This document shows positions 27,775 through 40,411 of a stretch of 64,000 bases of DNA, piece by piece; position 1 is the stretch's first letter, and each line of letters starts with the position of its first letter. The stretch is taken from assembly GCF_009914755.1 (NCBI RefSeq), contig NC_060947.1. One strand, given 5' to 3'. Made by a program: the position numbers and the translations under genes. The stretch comes from the human T2T-CHM13v2.0 reference genome, Homo sapiens. The notes under the pieces are model-generated. The model was not told the origin of the DNA, made no database searches, and saw only the letters and a program-made list of their open reading frames with translations.

Positions 27775-28088
27775 GGACATAGATGAAGCTGGAAACCATC
27801 ATTCTCAGCAAACTAACACAGGAACAGAAAACCAAACACCACATGTTCTCACTCATAAGTGGGAGTTGAACAATGAGAACACATGGACACAGGGAGGGGA
27901 ACATCACACACCGGGGCCTGTCGGGGGCTGGAGGGCTAGGTTTGGGATAGCATTAGGAGAAATACCTAATGTAGATATACCACGGGTTGATGGGTGCAGC
28001 AAACCACCATGGCACATGTATACCTATGTATCAAACCTGCACGTTCTGCACATGTGTCCCAGAAGTTAAAGTATAATTTAAAAAAAAG
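27775..28088 (+). mobile_element. L1PA7-like 3' end fragment
   Basis: gaagctggaaaccatcattctcagcaaactaacacaggaacag...aaagtataatttaaaaaaaaa. Confidence 0.88.
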
Positions 28089-28189
28089 GGAACCTCCTTA
28101 ATCTGATAAAGCTATCTAGAAAGAATGAGAGAGTGAGCATCTACCACACACAGGGACAGGATAGAAAAATGGTTCATTAAAAAAAAAAT

Positions 28190-28351
28190 TCTATGCCTAC
28201 CATATGACTTAGCCATCCTACTCCTTGGTACTTACCCAAGCACAGGTTCACACAAAGTCTTGGTCACAAATGTTTATAGCAGCTTTATGTGTATGAGCAA
28301 AAAACTAGAAACACTTCTGATATCCATTAATAGATGGAAAAGTAAATTTTA

Positions 28352-28394
<43 letters not shown>

Positions 28395-28750
28395 ATATGT
28401 ATATATCCAGTGGAATACTACTCATCAATAAAAAGAAATCAATTATCCTTACACACAGCAACAAAGGTGAATCTCAATTATGTTGAGTGGAAGAAGCCAG
28501 ACAAAACAAAAAAATACATTTGTACAGATCTACTTGTTTAAAATTCTAGAAAATGAAAACTGATAGTAACGAAATAAATCAGTGGTTGCCTGGTGATGGC
28601 GCAGGGGTTATTTATAAAAGTGCAGAAGAAAACCTTTGGGAGAGATGGATATATTCATTATTTTGATTGCAGCGATGGTTTCACAGATGTAAACGTATTT
28701 CAAAACTCACCAGATTGTATATTATAAAAGTATATAGTTTTTTTGTAGTA
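28190..28750 (+). mobile_element. L1ME1-like 3' end containing a (GT)n(AT)n microsatellite at 28352-28393
   Basis: ggaatactactcatcaataaaaagaaa; aaatcagtggttgcctgg; gatggtttcacagatgt. Confidence 0.7.
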
Positions 28751-28829
28751 TAAAGGCACAAAAATGCAGAATAAAATTAAAGTGCTAGTTTCTTTGAATT
28801 AAAAAAGTATGAGATTTTAATGTTTTTAT

Positions 28830-30520
28830 ACGTGTTTCCAAGTTGCACTCAAAAAATGATCTATGAATTTAAACTCACATCAGCATTGTATAAGAACATC
28901 TGTTTCAGCATGTCCTTGCCTACAATAGGTACTGTAATTTGTAAAAATTGGCTGACTTAATAGATAAAAATTAGTATTTTAGGTTATTTTAATTTGCATT
29001 TCTTTACAGTGAAGTTGAACAAGTTTAATGTTTATTTTTCATTTTAATTTCTATTTTGTTGATTGTTTGCATCCTTTGCCCATTTACTTTTTACAAAATT
29101 TGAAAATAATTTCATCTTTTATTTTAGATTCGGGGTACATGTGCAGGTTCGTTAGGTGGTATATTGTGTGATGCTGAGGTTTGGGGTATAGATCCCATCA
29201 CCTAGGTAGTGAGCATAGTACCCAATAGGTAGTTTTTCAACCCACCCCCTTCTGTCCTTCCCCAACTAGTAGTCCACAGTGTCTATTGTTGCCATCTTTG
29301 TTTCCATGTGTACTCAATGTTTAGCTCCCATTTATGAATGAGAACATGCATTATTTGGTTTCCTGTTTCTGTGTTAATTTTCTTAGGATTATGGCCTCCA
29401 GCTGCATCCATGTTGCAGAAAAGGATAAGATTTCATCATTTTTTATGGCTGTGTAGTATCCATCATATACATGTACCACATTTTCTTTGTCTAGTCCTCT
29501 GTTGATGGACACCTAGGTTGATTGCATGTCTTTGCTGCTGTGAATAGTGCTGTGATGAACATATATGTACATAAGTCTTTTTGTTAGAAGGATTTATTTT
29601 CCTTGGGTATATATACCCAGTAATGGGGTTGCTGGGTGGCATGGCAGTTCTAAGTGTTTTTGAGAAATCTTGAAACTGCTTTCCACGGTGGATGGACTAA
29701 TTTACATTCCCATCAACAGTGTATAAGCATACCCTTTTCTCTGGAGCTTCACTAGCATCTGTTATTTTTTGACTTTTTAATAATAGCCATTCTGACTGGT
29801 GTGAGATAGTACCTCATTGCGGTTTGGATTTGCATTTCTCTGATGATTAGTGATGATGAGCATTTTTTTTCATATGTTTGTTGGCTGCTTGTATGTCTTC
29901 ATTTGAGAAACGTCTGTTCATCATGTCCTTTGCCCATTTTTAATGGGGTTGTTTTTTTTTTTTTTTGCTTGTTAAGTTCCCTATAGATTCTGGATATTAA
30001 ACTTTTGTCAGATGCATTGTTTGCAAATATTTTCTTCCATTCTGTAGATTGTTTTTGCTACTGATAATTTCTTTTGCTGTGCAGAAGCTCTTTAGTTTAA
30101 TTAGATCCCACTTGTCAATTTTTGTTTCTGTTGCAATTGCTTTTGGGGACTTGGCCAAAAATTCTTTGCCAAGGCCAATGTTGAGAAGGGTATTTCCTAG
30201 GGTTGCTTCTAGGATTTTTATAGTTTGAAGTCTTACATTTAAGTCTTTAATCCATCTTGAGTTAATGTTTGCATATGGAGAAAAGTAAGGGTCCAATTTC
30301 AGTCTTCTGCATATGGCTAGCCAGTTATCCCAGCACCATTAATTGAATAGAGAGTTCTTTCCTCATTGCTTTCTTTTGTTGCTTTGCCCATTTTCTAACT
30401 GTTGTGTTTTTCTTTTGTTTACTGATTTGCAAGAGCTTTGTAAATTAAGCATATTAAATTTTGTGTGTTGTATAGTTTGCAAATATTTTTCAAGTTTGTC
30501 TTTTCATTTTGAAGAAAATA
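28830..30520 (-). mobile_element. Old L1ME fragment, host of the L1PA16
   Basis: ttttaatttgcatttcttt...ctttgcccattt; resumes after 30382. Confidence 0.55.
29086..30381 (-). mobile_element. 5'-truncated L1PA15/16
   Basis: gtatattgtgtgatgctgaggtttgggg 3' diagnostic; 12-bp TSD ctttgcccattt (29074-29085 and 30382-30393). Confidence 0.88.
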
Positions 30521-30918
30521 TAATCTAGAATAAGTACATTTTTGGGGTAAAAATTATGGCAATAATTTTTTATATACAAAATTTAGAGGCAAAATGAAAA
30601 AATTAGCATTGATTCTACATTTTAAACACAAGGGATTCATGTTTTCTTTCATCCTTTTTTATTTAAAAAACTTCAAAAGAAAATGAAGGGAAATATATAT
30701 TAAATATCTAATTACTTGGACATATATAATGTATTAATGCATTCTTCTACTGATAGACATTCAGGTTGTTTTCAGTTTGGAGCTTTTTACAAATATCACT
30801 GTAGTAATTATCTACATACAGTTTAAACAATTCTTCATATCTTAATAAGTTTTAAAAGGTTTCTCCCACTCTTCCCTCCTGTGTTCCCAAGTACTTTTCT
30901 ATTATTATCAGAATATGA

Positions 30919-31246
<328 letters not shown>

Positions 31247-31831
31247 TCACTTTATTAATATATTTGGACAGAGTGCCCTGTAAAAGGCATAAGGCATTGC
31301 TTGAAGGCAATTTTGCTTATCTAGGGAAGCATATAAAAAATGCATTTCAAAGTTCCTTAGCATATTAATGGTCCTGATAAGTATTGCACGAAATACTAGG
31401 TTCCATGATAGGCACAAAAAAGAAAGGATCCAACAGTTAAATAAAATTTAAGGGACCACTACAACCTCCTTTTGGTGAGCCACAAAACTCAATAGTGTAG
31501 TAAAACCCCTGAGAATTCCTACACTAAAGCCAACTTTCTAATTTTGCTTATATAGGGTTTTATAAATTTATTTACCAGATAATTTTTCTTCCCTTTAACA
31601 TCTGTTACCATGCCAAAGTAGTAGTGTTTCCCCTAGGAAAATACTAAAATAAAATAGACAGATTAGCACCACAGATAACCCAAATCTAGATATTACTATC
31701 ATATAAGTTGTCTTACCTAAACATCAAACATTTCATCAGGGCTTTGGATAAGGAAACAGACTTGGTTCTCTCCTTTTTTAATCTTTGATAATAAATAAAG
31801 ACACATCACAAATAACTCAGATTTTGAAATG

Positions 31832-32055
31832 TAGTGCCATGGTGGAAATAGCATGCTTTGAGGTCAGATAGACCTGAGTTACAACCCTAGGTTGGCCACT
31901 TACTACATATGCAGACTTGGATAAGTGATTTAACCTCTCTGCATATCAGTTTTCTCATAAGTAAAATGGGAATAGTAACATTCATCTTACAGTTGATGTG
32001 AGGATTAAATAAGATCATATATATCAAGTACACACCAAAGTGGCTGGCATATACA
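31832..32055 (+). mobile_element. MIRb SINE
   Basis: gacttggataagtgatttaacctctctg...aaaatgggaatagtaac...gtgaggattaaataagat. Confidence 0.85.
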
Positions 32056-32816
32056 AAGTTTTATACAATATGTACACTTGTACACAGCAGAATTTCTGTA
32101 AGGGAAAGAACTGAAGACCTGGGAACCCACGAACAGATTGTAAGCTTCTGAATAATTGCTAGCTTTTTTCATGAGAATAGGATTAGAAGTTTCATCCGAT
32201 CAGAGCTATAAGCTCTATGGTATTTCTATTACTAACATTCTTTTAATATTTAATTACACTGGGTTTATACCTGTGAGTGTTGCAAAAAGAAGGTCGTCGA
32301 GCTTTTCACCAGGCCAAAGAGAATCCCATGTGTAAAGTTGTCTGCCACTACTTAACAAACTCATAGCATTTTAGGAGGGTTACAGTGTAGGAAGGATGCT
32401 TTTTTGCCCTTAGTGGGGAAGACTAGGTTATTAACTGACATAATGGAGTCAGGCAAAAGAAAGCTATTTGTAATCTGTACCATTTCAGAGACCTGGAATG
32501 AAACAGGAGGAGGCTTATAATTCACAGTATGAGAGTAAATAACCTTAATGGAATGTTTGGGTGTCTGGATCCCCGGAGTTTTTTTCAGCACAAGTGACAT
32601 AAGTGTGAGTTTGCAGGGAATAAGGGCATCTTTTTTTTCAGCACACTGCCAAGGGAAATTATGTATAGAACTTCTGCTTATGCATGCATTACAAGAGTGA
32701 AGAATTTAAAATCTTTTTCACCCAGGATAAGAACTTATTTCTTTTCTAGTTCTTCTCCCAAGCCACCTTCTTAGCAGTCCAGGTGCCACTGTATGTGTCT
32801 CCCTCAGAATACTGAC

Positions 32817-32895
32817 CTGTCTGAGAGATGCAGGAAATGTGAAAACTGCTATGTTTCCGTTTCCACAGCAAGAGATGATGAGCCTTCTGGATAAT
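32817..32895 (-). other. Candidate exon, minus strand, host gene unidentified
   Basis: Acceptor tcatcttcacgtttcaaccttgcag| and donor CAG|gtcagt; one frame reads xYPEGSSSLAVETET* with the stop at 32849-32851. Confidence 0.3.
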
Positions 32896-34654
32896 CTGCA
32901 AGGTTGAAACGTGAAGATGATCAAATGTCCCCGTGCCTTATATGGGTGGGTATTCATTCACTGGCAGTTTTCCTTCTTGTTCAATCTCTGCAGGCAACAG
33001 ATACCTGCAAACCTCTAAAGACTGATGTGTAACACAGAAGCATTTGTAACCAGACATTCACATTCTAAGAATAGTCAGCCTGCTATACTATGAACTAAGA
33101 TTATTTATCAGCATTATCTGATCTATAATACTGGCTGGTATTTGACTTAAATAGCTATGATGACAGCTCAACATAATCTGACTTTAATGGAATGTTTTGC
33201 ATCTTGCTACCCACAAAATTACCCTGTTTTGCTGTTATTCCACCGGACATAATTGAGTTAGCTATTACAGTACTTTAGGTGATGGTGTGTTTCTAAAAAA
33301 GGAATGAGGTATCTAGAAAATAAGAGGCTTTGGGATTAACAAGCAACATCATTTATGGTACAAATGTTTTTGTTTCTGACCTCCAGCCTTTTGGGAGAGC
33401 ACACTCTGAATCAGCTTGCTGAATGTACAGGTAATCACTTTTCTCATACTCACAGCATAATAATATACTTGGCATTTTGAGATTAAAAAGTTGACAGTAG
33501 CCATCCCCTACAGTTTCTGCACAGCACAGTGTCTTTTATGTGCCATTCAGAGTGCTTTCTTAAGTGTGAAATCTAGATTCCCAAAGACAGAGGCCAGCCC
33601 AGATTCCAGACAGCAGGTTGCTTTCTTCCAGGAAAACTGGAAAAATAAAAGTGGCTCTGAGAATGTCTCTTTGGAATCATGACCCTATGGTAGGCCCAAC
33701 ATTCTGTCTTGTCTGGAATCCTAGCCTTAGGGTATTCTTCCCTTTAAGTTTGGGCAGAAAGCAAATGTATTGGCCTAGGTCTTCAGTGAAAGATACACAG
33801 AAAATAACTTTATGTTTATCAAATAAAGAGAAAAAGAGGTTGCAAGTGCTTAAGCATATATCTCATCTTGCCTACCCAACATTTCTACTAAGAAGGCAAC
33901 TGAAAAATAGTGAAAGACAGTTCTGAAAGTGCAATAAATTTCCTTGCCTTGCTGTTCCAAAGAAGTGATGCTAATTCTTTCAATGTTCACTCCTTGCTGA
34001 TGGTTGGCTATTTCAGAATTTTTAGGTGTGGTTTGGTGATGAACCTTTCCAAAAGTTGGCTGTTTGGATTCTGCTTTTAGGATGCTTTTACCTTTTCGTA
34101 CTGCAACATACACTCTTATTTGGCACAGAAAATTTTTCCTCCAAGCAATTATTTGAATTAAAATCCTGCTCTTGTAGACACTGAGGCTTGAGCTGAAAAC
34201 CCAATTATCAACTTTGGTTTCACTCCCAGGATAAGATTAAGCTAAGGTTGCAAAGGTAGCTCACCGGGTGAGGACTAAATTAAAAAAGGAAGATACCTAA
34301 AAAAAATCAGGCTCTGGGTAATAGAAGACAAACACAGAATTTAGGGAGTCAATTCACCTTCACCTCCTACCATCTGCACCTATACTCCTTCCCCCAACTA
34401 CACCTGCCCTTGCTGCCTATGTAGTAGTGATTTCACTTACTCAATATATGTCTACTTGAACCAAGAATGATGTTATTTTAGTCTTAGTGTGTGCTGGTTA
34501 AGCTCTGGCTCTCTTCCTGTCTTCTCCTAGATCTCCTTTACTTTAAAATTCTAGGTTCTCACATAAACCCTTGATGCTATGTGAAGTGACTTTGGAAGTA
34601 TAGGTACACTTCTTTCTAGCCATTGGTTCTCAGAGATTGGGAAGAACAGAGCAA

Positions 34655-34790
34655 ATGACACAGTGGAGTCTGGGAAAACTTAGGTTGAGTCACCACTGCT
34701 TTATGACTTTATATAAGTCGCATTACCTCCCCAGCCTCAGCTTTTTCATCTGTAAAATAGGGGCAATACTCTTTCATTCATAGTATTTTT
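34655..34790 (+). mobile_element. MIR SINE
   Basis: cagcctcagctttttcatctgtaaaataggggcaata. Confidence 0.7.
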
Positions 34791-34829
34791 GGGATACTCT
34801 ACCCCAAACTATGAGCATTGTGTAATGTT

Positions 34830-35895
34830 CTATTCTTGACCCTCTGGCTTTCTCTTCCTCATTTATTTCCTTGTCCATGTGGATGCATGTCAACACTGCT
34901 TAGGTGATTACTAGTTTTACATTTTATCTTTCTTCCCTAGTTTTATTCTCTCCTTATTGATTCTTCTTTACCTCCAAGGATTTAACTGCCATCTCTATAC
35001 AAATGACTCCCAGATCTCTCTAGTTAGTGGGACTATTTCCAGATACTTAAAATGTCTCTTGGGTTTGATCATTCCTCTCAATTTATAGTGTTACTACCAC
35101 TCATGAATCCATTGCAACACATGCACAGTTTTTTGCTGTTCTTTCCAGTTCTTGTCTCTCCAAATTTCAATCCATCCTGCATACTAGCACCCAAGTAATC
35201 TTTCTAAAATTAACCTTTCCTTATATCAATATATCACTCAAGATCATAAACTTAATAGCTATTTTCTATGTTATCAAGTCTATAAAACCCTCTATCATCT
35301 GGCCGTATCTTACCTCTCTAAGACTGTAGCCCACAACCACAATGTCCACCCTATGCTTCAGTGTTCTTACCACATTCATGTTGTAACTCTGACCTGGAAT
35401 GCTAATTCCTTCTTCTAGCATCTATCCTGATGTTTCCCATCCTAATAACACCTAGCTTAAGTCCTGCCTCATCTTCAAAACTTTCACCAGAATAGCCCAC
35501 TTTCCTGGAATGCTAATTCCTTCTTCCTCGCATCTATCCTTATGTTTCTCATTCCAATAACATCTAGCTTAAGTCTTGCCTCATCCTCAAAACTCTCACC
35601 AGAATAGCCCACTTCCCCCCTTTACTGATATACTCAGGTTTAAACATCACTAACAATCACACAATTCCCACATGTATCACACATTGCTTAATGCAGAGCT
35701 AAGCCTATATTAGGTATGTAATTAGTAGCACCATTTTTATGGCAATGAGCACACCAAGTCTTGTGTTAGATTGTCTTTCCCTGCAACTGCAAACTCCTTG
35801 AGGACAGAGGCCACCATTTATTTACCTCTATGTCCCTCCACAGGACCTTTTGATATGTACCTTCAGGAAATGCTTTATGAATTGAACTGATTGAT
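34830..35895 (+). mobile_element. L2 LINE 3' fragments
   Basis: atacaaatgactcccagatctc; caatccatcctgcatac; caactgcaaactccttgaggacag; aaatgctttatgaattgaa tail. Confidence 0.7.
35393..35614. repeat. Tandem duplication, 2 x ~111 bp, ~90% identical
   Basis: cctggaatgctaattccttcttc...caccagaatagcccactt occurs at 35393 and 35504. Confidence 0.92.
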
Positions 35896-36364
35896 TAGAG
35901 ACTTGCGTTATTTCAGGAACACACACCAATTTAGAGCTTAGGGTTTGACAACAAAGGTAAAGGAATAAAATGAACATCCATGATATTACTGCATGAAGTA
36001 AGTTTTCCAAGAGCTGAGAGTATGGATACATTCTTATCTAGAAACATGGGGGAAAAGTTACTTGGAAAATGTCTCGCTACCCAAAGGAGTACCCTTCTAT
36101 AACCCAGTGTATTGTGTTTGATGTTTTCAGAAATGAGGCCTAGGAATCCTACTCTCATAAAAAGGCAAATGACAAGTGTATGAACAGGTTGTTTATAGGC
36201 ATGTGGCCAAAATGTTAGGGCAGATGTGTTAAGAGGGAACAAGTAAGTGTATATCGAGAGAATACACGAAGAAAGAAATTTGGTTCTATAATGTGGAAGA
36301 TGAATCAATTTGCATGTTTACAGTGGCCTCTAGATTATAATAGCATTCCTTCTGAAAAAGTAAA

Positions 36365-36429
36365 GGAGCCATTTGGTGAAAGATATCAGGTTGAGCTTGG
36401 AGCCATTTGGTGAAAGATATCAGGTTGAG
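36365..36429. repeat. Perfect 31-bp direct repeat with a 3-bp spacer
   Basis: ggagccatttggtgaaagatatcaggttgag at 36365-36395 and 36399-36429. Confidence 0.95.
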
Positions 36430-36724
36430 GTTAGTCAGCTTGACATCTGTCCCATCAGTGTAAGGTGGTATCAAAATGTGATATTATAATTGAAGATAGC
36501 TTAAAGATCATGGAATTTAAACAGGTCCAGAGAGAAGAGGCTTTCCAAAAGTCATGCATTGAACTTAGTGGCAGAGGTGGGAGATGCTTCCCATGCTAGA
36601 GTTCTATCCATATTTTTACACCTTCTCTTTCTGGTGAAAGAGGTACAGGAACTAAAATAATTTTCTTTCAAGTGGTCCTTAAAAGATCTATAAACTGAAA
36701 GGTAAACAGGAACAAAGGAGAGAT

Positions 36725-36905
36725 ACTGGGTGGTATAGTTGTTAAAAGAGTTTGGACTTTTGAGCCAGGATCTGTCACTTGCTAGCTGTGTGACTTTGGG
36801 TTTCTTTGAGCTTAAGTTTCCTCATCTACAAAATGGGGTTATTTAATGTTTACAACTCACAAAGTGGTTATACCTGGCACATAATTGGCATTCAACAAAT
36901 GTTAG
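36725..36905 (+). mobile_element. MIR SINE
   Basis: gctagctgtgtgactttggg...agtttcctcatctacaaaatgggg...cctggcacataa. Confidence 0.8.
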
Positions 36906-36920
36906 TTGCACACTTTGAAA

Positions 36921-37342
36921 TAATCTAACAATCATTTTCTATATGCAACCTTATTTTCCAACAGTTGCAGAGAATACTGAAATAAAGATGATGTTTCTGA
37001 CTCCAGTGAGTTCCCATCTAGTCCCCAAATTCTTTACTTGAGCCAGGCTACTTTCTTCATGTCCTCTTCACTTAGCTTGGGGTCTTGTGCACTACAACCT
37101 GTGACTTTCCTTATACCTTCTGCTTCTGCACTGCTCTCTGACAATACAGATCCTATCTAGTCTTCAAGGCCCAAATTCTCCCTCCTCTGTGAAGCCTTTT
37201 CTGACCAAATCAACTCACGGGAAATCATTGTATCCTTTGAATTCTGATAGCACAAACTTTATAGTTCTATTCATTTGACCAATAACATATCCTGTATTGT
37301 GTTTTGTTAGGCAGCTTTCCACGTATGTATTTTATCACCCCC
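36921..37342 (+). repeat. Copy A of a ~420-bp dispersed direct duplication (L2-derived)
   Basis: Colinear with 39142-39564; shares tgcagagaatactgaaataaagatgatg and caggctactttcttcatgtcc. Confidence 0.88.
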
Positions 37343-37368
37343 ACTACCCCAAATTTAAGAAATGTTAG

Positions 37369-37676
<308 letters not shown>

Positions 37677-37940
37677 AGAAATGTTAGTTTTTCCCTATTC
37701 TCTCTCCTTTTTCCTATTATATACTTGGTCAACCAGACAGCCATCCTACCCCAGAATGGTAATGCCTCTTCATTCCTCATATGAGGGAATAAAAGAGAAA
37801 AAAGCTTTTGGAAAACATCCACTTATCTAATCATCCCAAATATGTAATCAAAAGTATACAACTCATGTGAAGAATACACTGGTAAAATGTTAGTATAGGC
37901 CAAGGTATCTTGAATTCCTATATAGAAAGCTGGTAAATGC

Positions 37941-38506
<566 letters not shown>

Positions 38507-39004
38507 AAAGATGGTAAATAATTGACTAAGATTAAAGACTCTTCCATCATTGGCACTATCTACTATCGCCAATATGCATGGAAATACATAAGGGCAATTT
38601 GGTACCCTTGAAGAAGTACTTTCTTTGAGGTAGAAGGCATGAATTTAACTTATGACTCTGTCTAAGTCCTGTGGCAGTTTTGAAATTCCTAGGAATAATC
38701 GTACAGGTCTGGTTAGGTCTGAAGAACTAAGTGATAAAGTAATTTTTTCTTCAAGCAAGAGTTAATCATTGTCTCTGACTGGGAGGTGATTGCACAGAAT
38801 GTCACCCACAGATGCTTCTAAACAACAAAATTTTTGATGTGAAAGGCCTCTCATCTCTGAACCAGAGCTCTTGTATATAGGATGTACTTGGAGAGTCTGA
38901 ATTCTGATGAGGAGAAGGGCTCTCACCAATCCTCTCAGAAGGTCCAGGGATTACAGCAATCTCTGGCATAGGATGAAAGTGTGCTTTGATAGGAGAATCA
39001 CTTC

Positions 39005-39670
39005 CTCATCTTCCTGAAACATTTCCTTCACATCATGCCCCAGCTCAAAAACCTTCAGTAGTTCCCCATCACTCACAGAATAAACTTATTAGTCTTACGT
39101 CTAAGGTCCCACCCAAACTGATACCAATTTACCTGCTGAATTAATCTAATAATCATTTTCTACATGTAACCCTGTTTTGAAAGAGGTGCAGAGAATACTG
39201 AAATAAAGATGATGAGTTCTCTTATTTTAATGAGTTCCCATCTATTCCCTTACTGCCCAAAATTTCTACTGGAGTCAGGCTACTTTCTTCATGTCCCCCT
39301 CACTTAGCTTGGGGTGTTGCGCATTACAACCTGTGACTTTCCTTTTACCTTTGGCCTCTGCATTCCTTGCCACCAATCTAGATCCTATCTAATCTTCAAG
39401 GTCCAAATTCTACTTATCTAAAGCCTTTTCTGACCACCCTGGCCCACAGCAAATCACCTTTCCTTTGAATTCTTATAGCACAAATTTTATGGTTTTAATC
39501 ATTTGGCAAATAATGTATCCTGTATTGTGTTATGTTAGGGAACTTTATGTATCTTATCTCCCCAAATAAATAAAATACCCTTGAGCTGAGACAATATATT
39601 GTATTGCCTGAACACCCCTTCTGGGTCCAATCTCATAACTTTAATATTCTCTCAATAAATATTAGTTTAT
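39005..39670 (+). mobile_element. L2 3' region containing copy B of the duplication (39142-39564)
   Basis: gctcaaaaaccttcagtagttccccatc, aagccttttctgaccacc and ctcaataaatattagtt are L2-like. Confidence 0.7.
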
Positions 39671-40119
39671 TTTTTCTGTTATTCTTTCTAACAGGTTATT
39701 TGTCATGGCAGCATAAAGTACCAGATTGAAAATAAATCAGAAATTTCTTCTACTGTGGGCAGTATTAATGGGTGTCATATAAAGAAAGTTTTATCCAAAT
39801 AACAAAAGAGGAAATAGGCTACAATATATAAAACATTGAATATACTAGAGTCTGATGTCAGTATTTTTTCAGGACAAGTGTTCAGCATTTCACAGGAAGG
39901 AGATTAATTCCCCCCAGTCCTGATTATCATTAACACTGGAAGGTTGTATTAGCACACTCAAGAAAATTTTTATTTTTGTATTATACCTTTACTTGATAAA
40001 AATATGCCTTCTAGGATATATTCTATAAAAATTATCAAAATAAAGAGGCAATTTATCACATTAGCTCAAGGGAAAAGCCGCTGTTTAGTTCAGAAAAGTT
40101 CAGTTCTTTTATTGCTAGA

Positions 40120-40411
40120 TTTTTTTTTGAGACAGGGTCTCACGCTGTTGCCCAGGCTGGAGTGCAGTTGTGTGGTCAGTTTACTCCAGCCTTGACCTCC
40201 TGGGCTCAAGCGATCCTCCCACCTCTCAGCCTCCTGAGTAGCTGGGACTACAGATGCACACCATGACACCCAGTTAATTTTTGTAGTTTTTCATAGAGAA
40301 GAGGTTTCACTATGTTGCCCAGGCTGGTCTCAAACTTCTGGGCTCAAGCAGTCTGCCAGCCTCAGTCTCCCACAGTGCTGGGATTACAGGCATGAGCCAC
40401 TGCACCTGGCC
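40120..40411 (-). mobile_element. AluJ
   Basis: gacagggtctc, gggctcaagcgatcctccc and ctgggctcaagcag; TSD gct(a/g)gatt. Confidence 0.9.

Noticed and set aside
27350-28088. Twin-primed (5'-inverted) single L1
   Set aside because: The two halves are both 3' ends and come from different-age subfamilies (L1MA versus L1PA7).
33850-34113. 87-aa ORF and neighbouring short ORFs in unique sequence
   Set aside because: No recognisable domain, and the lengths are within chance expectation.
35393-36429. CRISPR-like repeat-spacer array
   Set aside because: Only two-copy duplications, no unique spacers, no cas genes, and the context is primate DNA.
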